64,000 nt of DNA from Lingula anatina (lineage: Eukaryota > Animalia > Brachiopoda): assembly GCA_051362555.1 (NCBI GenBank), contig CM120642.1:23002001-23066000 (forward strand), given 5' to 3'. The notes under the pieces were generated by a model. The model worked only from the letters and a program-made list of their open reading frames with translations, was not told the origin of the DNA and ran no database searches. Shown here piece by piece: positions 52,924 through 64,000 of this stretch; positions within the stretch are counted from its first letter, which is position 1; each line of letters opens with the position of its first letter. Both the position numbers and the translations under genes were made by a program.

Positions 52924-53090
52924 CCGGTGTGACAGGAATGGAAGTTCTCTAGGAACGGTAGTCCGTTCCCCTTTACTTTGTACAGGTGACATTCGCCCCA
53001 TATACTAACCTCAATACTAGTATAAGACTAACCCGAACCCGATGGGACCCCGGATTTCCACTCCAAGGACTACCATTCCTGTCACACCGG
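52924..53090. mobile_element. MITE with 18-bp inverted repeat
   Basis: CCGGTGTGACAGGAATGG / CCATTCCTGTCACACCGG. Confidence 0.7.
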
Positions 53091-54305
53091 GCATCACCGG
53101 TATCACAAACAAACAAACAAAAAATAATAATAATCACAGCCCCATTGCTTCCTATACATGTAACATCACTTTCTATCTCCTTCTTTCGAATTAATGTCGT
53201 TCATTTGATACCTACAGCCTTCATTTTCAAGAATTAAATATTTTTATTAGCATAGTGCCGGGTGAAACAGCATTCTTTACATCACTCATAAATATTCATA
53301 ATCGTGATTTGTTTTCATAATGTTACGTTGGAATAGGTGAATAACAATCTTGATTAAGATTTTGAACGTTCATTGCAGCCAATGAGAGACAGATACACAA
53401 AGAGCAGATATATTGCCAATTTACTGGAGAACGTGGCCTGGGAATGCACATCGGTCACTGACCATGCAGTCTGTCGAAGCAAAGTTTTCGCCAGAAAACA
53501 TTGTGAAGGACTTTAAAATCCCTGTACGCATTTATGAGAGTGTGAAACATGCATAAAGTTTTATAAGAGTTATGTAAATATTATGATTAATTAAAGTTTA
53601 ATAAAATGCTAATGGTATCTTAAACCTTTCGTTGTGTGTGTTTCCTTTGTGTTAATTCTTTGTTGCGTTATTTTAATTCACGTATGTGTCGTCAATGCTA
53701 TCCAAAATGCCTTTTGTTCGTAGTTTGAAGTCTACGAGACGTTTAATAACGCGTAAAACAGAAAGAGATGGAGTTAACAAGAGCACCAAAAGTCTCCTGA
53801 ATGTTCAACTCTGTCGGCTCTGAAAAGAACTAAGACACTTTTACTTCAAAGTTACAGTTTTTGATTGTTTAGGCGCGCTCGTAAAGCTTACTCTGCTGAA
53901 GATGATAGACGAAAGCAATACATGCCATGGGTATATTTTTTAGTTTCTTACAACTATATAATAAGGGCCAGCGGCTGTTTATAACACAGGTGAAGGAACT
54001 GGTCCCGCCTTCGTGCATCAACATCACTTTGATACTTCAATCCCAAAAGCAGAGTCACGATATTTTAAATGTCAGTGTCTGACCTCCATTCGACAGTGGT
54101 ATCCACTTCCGTTTTTTTTCTTTTTCTTCCTCCTTCCCTCCTGAATTCCTTCAAACTCCTTTATCCCTCTGTCAGTTTGTCCATCTTTCGCCATTACTTA
54201 CACCCTCCCTACCGTCTGTTTGTCCATCGGCCACTCCCTCCTATGGTCTATGTGTGTCCGACTGTCCGTCTGTCTGTCTGTCTGTCTGTCCGCCTGACCG
54301 TCCGT

Positions 54306-55972
54306 CTATCCCCTGAGGCTCTTGTACCTCAGCAGAAGCCTCTTTTCTGCTTCGCCCAGTGGTGTCCGACAAACGGGCTCTTCCCTCGTGCACCCTTCAA
54401 CCAGATTGTCCAGGTCGTCGTAGAGTCCAGTGCTGTGTTGGACGTCTCGTAGCACGACACCGACACTGTAGATGTCAGATGAGATAGATGTAGGCTCCCC
54501 TCTCCTCACCTCTGGGGCCAGCCAGGTGACCCTGCCCTCTCTGACATCGTCAGGGTCTATGTGGTAGGCGTTGTACTGGCCTACTTGAGTGGCATTTCCA
54601 AAATCTATCACAAAGACTCTGAACATGTGATGGTTCTGTGAGAGTATCTGGACCATCATGTTGTCTGTCTTTAAGTCGTTGTGCAAGATGTTACTGCAAT
54701 GCAACGACTTGATGGCCCTCACCACCTGGAGGCAGATGTGGAGGAAATCTACCCTAGTGACGCACCTGTGGAAAAAGATAAAAAATAAATAAATGAATTG
54801 ACGTGCTAATATATAACTTTTGTATTAAGGAAAAATATCGATTTAATGCTATGAAAAAATCATTTTTGATCAGAAATAAGAAGACAATTAAATGAATATA
54901 TTACAAAAATATAAATATAAATAATTAATGTAGAAATAAATGTAAATTGAAACACGAATATATCCAAAGAATAAAGAAATTATAATTCAAACCTATGGAA
55001 ACAACTGTCGGTTGTCCACTTTTCCAAAAACTTTTCCAGCGTTGTCCCGGGTACAGCTGACATAACAAGACCAGGTCTGCTGCCTCCCACAACCTGGCCG
55101 TACACTTTCGGGACGCAGCTGAGATCGTTGAGAGACAGCAGAACACTGGCCTCGTGTGCTAAATCCATGAAGCTGCCGTCCCTGAAAAATTTCACGGCAG
55201 CGTTTCGGGGCTTGCCGCCGTCGATGGGCTGGTAGAGATGCAATGACACTTCTCCAAAGGCCCCGCAACCTAGAACCGATGTTCCGCCTGGCCCTCCGAG
55301 TGGACGAAGGTTGGAAAGAGGGATATCACTAAGGAAAAGACACCTGCGTGGGGTTTCAGAACGGCAAGGATGTCGAGGATTTTCCACTCGGGAGGGTGTC
55401 CACGTTTTCCAGACTTCTCTGCATGGAGTCCAAGTCCTCCAAAAAGAACTTTGGGTTTGGTTTGCCCTTGCCTCCCAGGAGCTGTGACTTGTTTCATATA
55501 GACGGGACTGGTGAAAATAGTCCCGTTCATGCAGCGACCCAAGACCGATTTCTTGGTTTCCCCTTGCCTCCCGGGAGCTGGAGCTTGTCTCATATAGACG
55601 GGACTTGTGAAAATAGTCCCGTTCACACAGTGACCCAAGACCGATTTCTGTATCTATTGGGTCCGTTTTCCCTTCTCGAGGGGGCTTACGCTGGGTGAAT
55701 GAAAAACAACAGAAATCATATATATATATATAATTTTTGGGAAAGAAAATTAAGGCTCACGTTTGTAAATGATAGAAAATGTTTTTATTTTTTGTACATA
55801 CATATTAACACGTACTCACGCTGAGAAGAGAGTCGAGATGAAGACGAGCTTACTATACGGGCAACGAATCGGGGAACCTTTAATCTAGGCTGCCTTTTAA
55901 CTTTTGTACATATATTACCTCGTGAGCGCTGCAAGGCTGTCCATAAACAGTATAGTATTGGCCAGAGCTCAT
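54306..55972 (-). CDS. Protein kinase, non-RD (HND) type; exons 55972-55919, 55690-54993, 54765-54306; 403 aa
   Basis: Phase-compatible GT-AG introns (54+698+460 nt). GCGAFG, AAVK, HE, HNDLKTDN, IDFG, APE and DIYSVG all present; two ~30-aa N-terminal repeats. Exon 1 is the least certain part. Confidence 0.85.
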
Positions 55973-57346
55973 TATTATTGGCAACACTTTGGAAACAAAA
56001 TACAAGGTGGCAGACCCCCTTAGAACCTGCAAAGCGAAAGGAAATAGGTTGCAGTGCAATTATGCAGTTGTCAAATATCATTCATATTTCAATATCAGAT
56101 TTCAAAACTATACATATTTAAAAAATAGATTTCGCAAAATAAATAAAAGAAATGAGAAGTTGTATGCAATATCTTAAAAGAACATGATAGAAAGGTCATT
56201 GCATTACGTTTTGCCCGTCACACGACCAAGTAATTAGCTCCTAAATTTTGACAAATACACTTGATTGTTTTAACATTTAAATGGTATTATCTAATGCTTT
56301 ATTGATATGTATTAAATGTTGATTTCATTTTTCGGGAAGAAATTTGCATCTTCCGTCCCTAATGTTGGGCAACGCGAAACAGATTGCCTCTCGAATTTTG
56401 CACAGGTCTCAATGACTAGAATGTCTAATAATAGAAAGAATATGTGTATATTTTGGATACTACTGAAAGAAAACTTACCTTTTCATTTAAAAAAGTAGAT
56501 AAATCCTTTATCTTATCGCGGAATACGATAAAGCGAGCCATCTTGATCCTCGTCAAGAGTTCAATGAAGACGTCTTCATGACAACAGCGGGTGACGTCAT
56601 ATTACACTTATGACAAACAACTTGCGTTGTGACGTCACAATAAGGTTGTGACTGCAGCTCTTTATAGTCTTCCCCTGTATATTTATTGTTATTTTCATGC
56701 TGATTTTCGGGGTTGTGGTGAAAAAAATTAATACTTTGATAAGGACACCCGACTCTACCAAAGTATTATTTAGATGAAAGCTGATAGTTCTAAATCTGGT
56801 GCGGAAATAAAAGATCAAGCGTGCATGACAAAGTGTTATTTATTACTGCCGATTTTACAGGGTACACACCCACTTCGCAGTTAGCATTAATTTTTGTGAC
56901 TAAAAAAATCGAGAGATTCTGCTCTATTTTAATATATCATATCGAAATATTAGATCAAATCTATACCAAATTGGAAATATCATGCAATAATAAATGGAGC
57001 TGATTTGCACCCCCCCCCCCTCCCTTAGTAGCTTGCTGACAGTGGGCAGTTAAAAACGGCAATTATTGACAACACAATACTTTGAAATGCACAGCAATAT
57101 TGGACTTTATGGTGTTAAACGACGAAAAAGATAAAACATCGATGTACATCAATTGTTACCTCATTTTATCTAAAAAGTACAGCTTATTTTACTTTAAACC
57201 TACCATGTTTATTTTAACTCCTATCAATTCATCCACTTATTGTTATTATGTCAGTAGTATTTTTGTTCACTTCTCAATTCAACTGCTTTAAGTATCAAGA
57301 AATAAATATTATTAACCTTTTTTTGCTAATTATACATCGTCCATAA

Positions 57347-57561
57347 GACCCCATTTCCAGAGATTAGATCGATCTACTTTAGATCGACCTAACTCCCTGG
57401 GGGTTCACGCTAAATAGCTGTCAGCCGGGCGGACACGAAAGTTAATAACCCCCTTACAGCTTGTAGTAGGCGGGACGGACATTTAAGCCGGATTATCTGA
57501 CAGTAATCTAGTGAGACTCCCCGTGGGGATAGATCGATCTAAAAGCTCTGGGAATACAGCC
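57347..57561. mobile_element. Degenerate Harbinger-type MITE
   Basis: TTCCAGAG..TAGATCGATCTA versus TAGATCGATCTA..CTCTGGGAA; TAA on both flanks. Confidence 0.5.
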
Positions 57562-58744
57562 TAAGAGAAGAACTCGTTTATTCAACAGCTGTGCAAAATT
57601 ACAACGGGTATTATAAAACTAGCACAGCAGTCTTTCATACATCTATCACAAGCATACACAACAACGATTTTTTCTCATTAGGCCCTATACCCTGTATTTT
57701 GTTGAGGTTGATAAACAATATGTGTTCTAAGCATGCACGTGATCAGTTATAGGGGGCCTACAACTACTAATTATAATAGGATAGAACGGAGATAAAATAT
57801 GGAGTTGTTCAGAATTTACTGCGTGATAACAACACTGATTATAAAATGAGGTCATAGTTTTGTTTACAGCCGACAACGAAGCATTTTTCTTTCGCTTTTG
57901 CTAGTCACTTCCTGGTTAGCATTTAAGCGCATTCTAGTCATCGGGGATATTGACAGAGACGACAGACTATATTAAGGTAGGTGTAGTCTATGGTTTTAAA
58001 CCGGTATGTACATGGTTAAAGAAAGGGCAATATATAAACAACATCCATAAAGCAGGCTAAATGCGCGACAACATCTCCGTGAGCGTCCAGTGTTGCGGTT
58101 GGGGTCGGGGTGGGTGGGTGTGGGAGGGGAAGGATTAGCTTAAATTGGTATCAGCGCATTATCTCTCTCTCTCTCTCTTTTCTCTACTCTTGTGCAAATA
58201 AATACCATCCATTTCTCCACATACTACCGATTAGCGTAATACATTTTATCAAAGTGTTCGGCAGCAGACCGATTTTATGAACCGATTAGGTGAAATGATG
58301 GACTTTAAACTTAATCAAAAGCACGTACTGTAACAGATGGCATAGAGAAGGAGTTATCAATATTGCACTGATATAGAGGGTCCATATCAGTCAAACAAGT
58401 TCCAAACTATTAAAATGTGCTTTTTATTGTTTACGTCAGTTCTAGCGACATTTATCTTCCATGTGATATATATTCATGTAGACAATATTTGGAGCGATGA
58501 CAGATTTAATTATGCCATGCCTTCCTTTGAGACAAGCGTCTATTATGAACTCATGCATTTTCATACACCTTTGTCTTAGTGCTGTGGTCTCTTTAGCCGT
58601 AAAAAGTAATAATGAACGAGCATTTTACAATATTTTAAAATTGAAAAATTCCTCTGCAGTTTTTTAACGTCTTGATCAGAAAGCCTTCCCTTATTTCTAG
58701 GATGATGATGCCATACACGTATACGCATAGGCACATATATGTTA

Positions 58745-58922
58745 CAGGCCCGTAGCCCCGGGGGGGGGGGGGGGGGGGGGGGGGGTTCGAAAGAACCTCC
58801 CTTTCGCTGGGAAAAGGTCCCGTCTGGGTAAAAATTTATCTAGGCACATGAAGGTTTCATGGTAAAAGGTCCACTTTTTCAGAAAAAGAACTCCCCTTTT
58901 GAAATTGCTGGCTACGGGCCTG
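58745..58922. mobile_element. hAT5-like MITE copy 3 (opposite orientation)
   Basis: CAGGCCCGTAGCC / GGCTACGGGCCTG; perfect TSD TGTTA. Confidence 0.88.
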
Positions 58923-59231
58923 TGTTAAGACTATTTTACTTTGCCAATTTATCAAAGCACTGACAAACAATGATGTTCATTGGAAAAATAATTGTGCATT
59001 AAACGACGACGTTTGACAATTGATTTCCGGTCATGCGCCTATTTAAATTACGTTATCTACGCCGATTGATTTTCAAGAGTCCGCTAGTAAAAACCTGAGT
59101 AATTACTGTGTCTAGTTGCGATGGCCAATTTTTGCTTTGTCAATCGATTGCATCTCTCTTTCAGCTTGTCACGGACATATCTTTAAAATGGACTAAATAC
59201 ACATGTAAACGGGAATGTGCAACTCAGAAAC

Positions 59232-60479
59232 ATGCCACTTCCGAACACGAGCACCATTTTGGCGGGAGCTTGGGATGGCATCCCGTTAAAGAACGTATGC
59301 ATGGCCATTGAGAACGACGCTGCTTTGTACCAGAACTTAACAGGTGACCCGTTGTATATTTTTGCAGAACATCTGAGGTATTATGGCAGACCCACCATCT
59401 ATATCCTTGGCCTCGTCTTCAACACTTTGGCGATAGCTGTGTTTTGCCGGAAATCACTGAGACGCACGACGACATGTATGTTCATGATCAGCGTTGCAAT
59501 CTTTGATACGATGAATCTAGTGAACGGTTTCTTTTTCTGGATTCAGTATGATTTGAATGCTAAGACCATGACTAGAAGTAGATTTTTATGCAAACTGGTG
59601 GTATTCACGCTTTACTTTGCTCCGGAAGCAAGTGCCATCTTGCTTTCTGCGATGAGCATTGAGAGGTATATAAAAATTCGCTTTCCCATTATGGCTAGAA
59701 AAATATGTTCAGTGACCAAAATCAGAGTCACCATAGTTTCCATAGTAACGGTTCTCTTGCTGATAAACCTACCAGTTTTATTTGCCGAAATCTACTTCAA
59801 GCTTCCACAATGTCGTGACTATATTTGCTGGAATATATTCCACAACAGTCCCCGGTACATCACTCACGAAAGGAGGATCACCGCGTATTTTGTCGACGTG
59901 CATAAATGGGTGGCCGCCGCTATTTACTTTGTCATCCCAACTGCCACACTCCTAATTTTTAACACTCTGATCATGCTACAAGTGAGAAAAATCAACAAGG
60001 AAAGCTCACGTATGACAAGGAACACGTCAATGAAGAGCCAAATTACAAACATGTTGCTGGTCGTCACGTTTTCATTTCTAATCATGACGACCGGTTATAA
60101 CACAATTCAAACCGGCATCGTGGATATATGGGAAGAAACTGGCACTGACTCGGAGGCCGAAATATCTTTGGTTTTTACTTTATTTACTTTACTCTTTTAC
60201 TTGAACCATGCGTCAAACTTCTTCCTCTATTGCCTTAGTGGACCCAAATACCGACAAGTGCTGAAGCAGATGATGTTGCCATGTCTGCGTTGCTGCCTGG
60301 CCCGCACGCAAAGCCAAAGGCAACCTGAGAGCGATACAGTTGCCTCCCAGAAAACAGTTACGTCAACTGTGTCTGAAAGCACGGACAGTGAAACAAGTGC
60401 CACGACCGGTCTCAAGTTTAAGGGACGTTACTATGGAAGCATGAACCCAGCTTCTGCTTCACGATCTTATCATTGCTGA
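59232..60479 (+). CDS. Rhodopsin-class GPCR, FMRFamide/sex-peptide-receptor-like orphan group, 415 aa, intronless ORF
   Basis: Seven hydrophobic segments, GxxxN in TM1, AxxD in TM2, CK and SIERY in TM3, P in TM4/5, LNHASNFFLY in TM7, N-glycosylation sequons NTS/NLT; splice acceptor at 59164 upstream of the ATG. Confidence 0.93.
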   Translation: MPLPNTSTILAGAWDGIPLKNVCMAIENDAALYQNLTGDPLYIFAEHLRYYGRPTIYILGLVFNTLAIAVFCRKSLRRTTTCMFMISVAIFDTMNLVNGFFFWIQYDLNAKTMTRSRFLCKLVVFTLYFAPEASAILLSAMSIERYIKIRFPIMARKICSVTKIRVTIVSIVTVLLLINLPVLFAEIYFKLPQCRDYICWNIFHNSPRYITHERRITAYFVDVHKWVAAAIYFVIPTATLLIFNTLIMLQVRKINKESSRMTRNTSMKSQITNMLLVVTFSFLIMTTGYNTIQTGIVDIWEETGTDSEAEISLVFTLFTLLFYLNHASNFFLYCLSGPKYRQVLKQMMLPCLRCCLARTQSQRQPESDTVASQKTVTSTVSESTDSETSATTGLKFKGRYYGSMNPASASRSYHC

Positions 60480-62199
60480 GGATAAGCAGTGCTTTTTGAT
60501 CATATTTTTAACTGATGAATGCCATGAATTAATGTTGCCAACAGTTGGTTAGTCGGAGAAAATTCGATTAGTATGAATTTTCTCAGAAAAATTGTGCACC
60601 TTTAAAACTTGTGCTGGATATTGCATCACATTACTAACGCTGCTCACATTTTTTTTCTGATGAGAGAGAGAAATCGGTGTGAAACCTGGATTTGCAGTTA
60701 TCAGATAAACGAATTATTTAGTTTGTCAATAAATCCTGTCACTGTTGAAAATAAGAAACTGACAACAACAGCATAACATCCTTTAATCAACTTTTATTTT
60801 CAACTAAGGAACAATGTGGATGAAAATGACCACTACAGGCTATTCCAGGACCATGACCACTAGGTCAATCTCACTTATAAGTGGCTGTACAGTCATCAGG
60901 GCAGCCACACTTTAACATACCGAATTATTGTAAATTAACTAAAATTAATGTGTAAGTACTTACAACAAGAAAAACGCTTTTATTTAATACATATAGACAT
61001 CTATTTAAACAGTAATAATTAAAACAAAAGGTGAAATTGCTGAATATGCCATAAAAAGATGAAGTTTGCTGATATTTATACATTTCTTCTAGTTGTGAAA
61101 CATCAAGCCTACGGGCAGATAGTCTCTTGCTGGGCAAGCTCACCAATCTAAAGGTGCTGGGTAATGTTAATTGAGCCCAATGTCCTATAAATGCATCCAG
61201 GTGGTGTTAACAAACATGTACAGTAAGTTTTTTAATCTACTTTCTATTTTGTGTCAATTGCTTGACAAAGTGACCTAATAAATATTTCAGTTAGGTCAAG
61301 AGAAGTAAACACCCTTTACAAGTTAAACTGCGTATAAAGGTGCTCGGGGCTTGTGAGATGATTTTTCCGTTTATTACTTTTGATGAGCAACACGGCAAAC
61401 AGTGTAACATCATCACCGCGAGATTTACTGGATTTGTCTTAACAGTCAGCAAAGTCACATTATGTAACACTCAAGCTGCCTGCTGTCCCCACAATAATTA
61501 AATCTTATAAAAATACCATACGCTTGTATGACACACCTTTTTTTGTTTGTTGAGTGATTCATTTTAGAAGAAAAATATTCAATAACCCTCAAATTAATAA
61601 CCCACAGTTGCATGAGGTAAGCAATAAGACATTCACCTGACATGTTTAGATAAAACGAGCAACCTATTTTGGTAAAATTTAAAATGCCAGTGTTGACCCA
61701 CAATTTCTTAGAAGTGCTAAGAAGCGTTTCACGTCTACATTTCATTTATCTTAGTGCAAAGACACCAGCACTTATTGGGTTAAATTCCATCACTTATCTT
61801 TTACTCAGGATGGTAACCAATAGCAGTGGATAGATTTTAAATTCATCAGCTGCCAACTACATCTTAGGCTGTAATAATCAATTACCTGGCCTACAAAATT
61901 TAAATTAATAGCGATTTTACAACATTATGTAAATTCTAAAAGTAAGTAAAAATATTTTTACAAACTAACCATTGTGAAAATACCACTTAAAATTATCAAA
62001 ACTGATAAAAGCACCGCTGTACATTATGATTCACATATATTAACAGTATAAAAAGCAATATTACAATGTAAATACAATTGTGGCATCAACTTCTTAGCTT
62101 TGTGATTTTCACATCTCTATTAACAAATCTGTACACATGGAATAAATGGATGAACCCTGCAAACCTGCCACTGAACTAAAACTGCTGGCAAAAATTGAC

Positions 62200-63308
62200 A
62201 AAAATAAATAAAAATTAAACAAGGCAGCAAAGCTGTCAAATGTACAGACAAAAAGCAGGAAATAACTATGCACAAAATAGGCTACTGCCAATTCTGATGC
62301 AAAAGTACATAAAGTTAAACTGCAAATTCAACATCAAATTTTAACAAGACATCACTGTTCTGAAATGGGTTTATTTCCATTTTTAACACTTTTTTAACAT
62401 AAAACAAAATGAACAGTTTACTGCCATTTTTATATGATCAACTAAGAAAATTGATGAGATTGGAAAAATATCAATATAACAGTGTTAAATGTCCAATTTC
62501 CTCCATTCTAAGATTCTGAACATAGTGGATGATTGAATCTGACAAACTGCAATGATATGAGTTTATTTCCATTTGTGACACTTTATTACACAATACACGA
62601 TAAAAAGTTTACCATCATTTTTACATAATCAACTAACAATGTTGTAAAGATGCAGGAAATGTCAAACAAACACTTAAATGTATCTTATTAGTAAAATAAT
62701 AAGACTGTTAACATGCCTAAGAATTGAATCTGAGGAAATGTGAAAAAACAGCATAACTTGTAAAATAATAGCCCGATTATGCTGATTTTCGAACTTGACC
62801 TGCGTTTTAGTAAGATTGACCACTCCTGTGAGTTTAATGACAATTGGCCTATCGGTTTTTCTTATATTGTGTTTACAGTGTTGCACATATGCTGAAAAAA
62901 AGGAAAAAACAGCATAACTACTAAAATAGTGGCCCAACCATGCCGATTTTCCAACTTGACCTGCGTTTTAGTAAGATTGATTACTCTTGTGAGTTTCATG
63001 ACAACAGGCCTATCGGTTTTCCTTAAAATGTGTTTACAGGGTTGCATATATGCTGAAAAGTGATAAAACAGCATAACTTCTACAATAATGGCCCAATCAT
63101 GCTGATTTTCGAACTTGACCTGCGTTTTATGAATATTCATCAGCTCTGTAAATATAAAACCAAAAAATAAAACTGTGTTCCACTTATCGTGTTTACAGTG
63201 AAAGTGCACGGCGACGGCATTGCCATCGGCATCGGCATCGGCGACGACGGCGACGACAGACGCAGGTGATGGCAATATGTACAGACACATCTGTGTCTGT
63301 ACATAAAA
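62200..63308 (-). mobile_element. HINE-family copy lacking the 337-bp array
   Basis: Same terminal hairpin, longer GGCATC/GAC microsatellite, 160-bp monomers at 62789, 62950 and 63109. Matches 21090-21210 joined directly to 23677-24612. Confidence 0.85.
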
Positions 63309-64000
63309 AGCACCCTGCCAGATCCAGGTGCCTCTACATATACCCTGTACTAAAACATTAAAAAACTATTTTATGATGACCAGTTATGTGAGATTATACA
63401 AGTATACATTATGGTTTTATTAGATGGAATTAAATTCAGTAACTAGATTTGAGAAACCTCAAACAAACTCAAGTGTTTAGTATGTCAAAAATGTCAAGTC
63501 AAAACTGTCATACGAAGCATCACAAAGCTACATTATAAAAGATGACCACAGTTCTAAAGAGAGCACTGTGCTTTCAGTACATCAAGTGAAGATTACAGTC
63601 AGAGGAATAATATGCAACAACATTCCTACAGCTGATAATATATGCATCATTTTGACCTTCTTCTATACAAAAAAGGGTTTGTCTTCAAATAAAGAATACA
63701 TTATTTAAGATACCAGAGAAAAGGTTTAGTTTTTACAAATGTCCATAATGTGCCAACTGGGATAAACTGATCACACCCAAAAACACAATTATACTTAACT
63801 ACAACTACCACAATCTTTCAGCAGCCTCTTTTTACCCTAATATAACCTCATCCTTGACATTTTATTACTTACACAGTCTTTGTTTAAAAATCCATCCTGA
63901 ACTTTTGATTTTTTCAAAAAAAAAAAAAAAAAAAAAAAAATTATGACCATTTAAAAAACATGCTGAACTTGAGGAAGATATAAGACTCTCACATATGCAC

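Noticed and set aside
55785-56081. Alternative kinase first exon ending at the GTGAGT donor near 55819
   Set aside because: Joining it to the 55690 acceptor gives stops in every phase; the donor at 55918 gives an open frame.

Overview
AT-rich animal genomic DNA with spliceosomal introns, a MetaSINE-like element and HINE/BIV160-like repeats; a mollusc or other lophotrochozoan is plausible but not provable. The window has two compartments. Bases 1 to ~43.5 kb are a nested transposon graveyard: Harbinger, a Gypsy-type solo LTR and gag, four DIRS/Ngaro tyrosine-recombinase retroelement fragments, a nearly intact intron-containing piggyBac, Kolobok, THAP, Sola2-like, hAT, CACTA, SAP-SWIM, BEL/Pao, and a Helentron-type element carrying satellites. 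Bases ~48-64 kb are MITE-sprinkled gene territory with an intact 3-exon non-RD protein kinase (- strand) and a rhodopsin-class GPCR with an intronless ORF (+ strand). The most striking pattern is that 18 of 19 recognisable coding relics in the graveyard point the same way (+). At the boundary (~47.8 kb) a TATA-containing, apparently spliced non-coding unit on the - strand points into the graveyard. This is the architecture expected of a uni-strand, flamenco-like piRNA cluster, and the region also holds an antisense pseudogene copy of the neighbouring kinase. This interpretation is inference and needs small-RNA data. Family assignments come from recalled motifs, not database searches.
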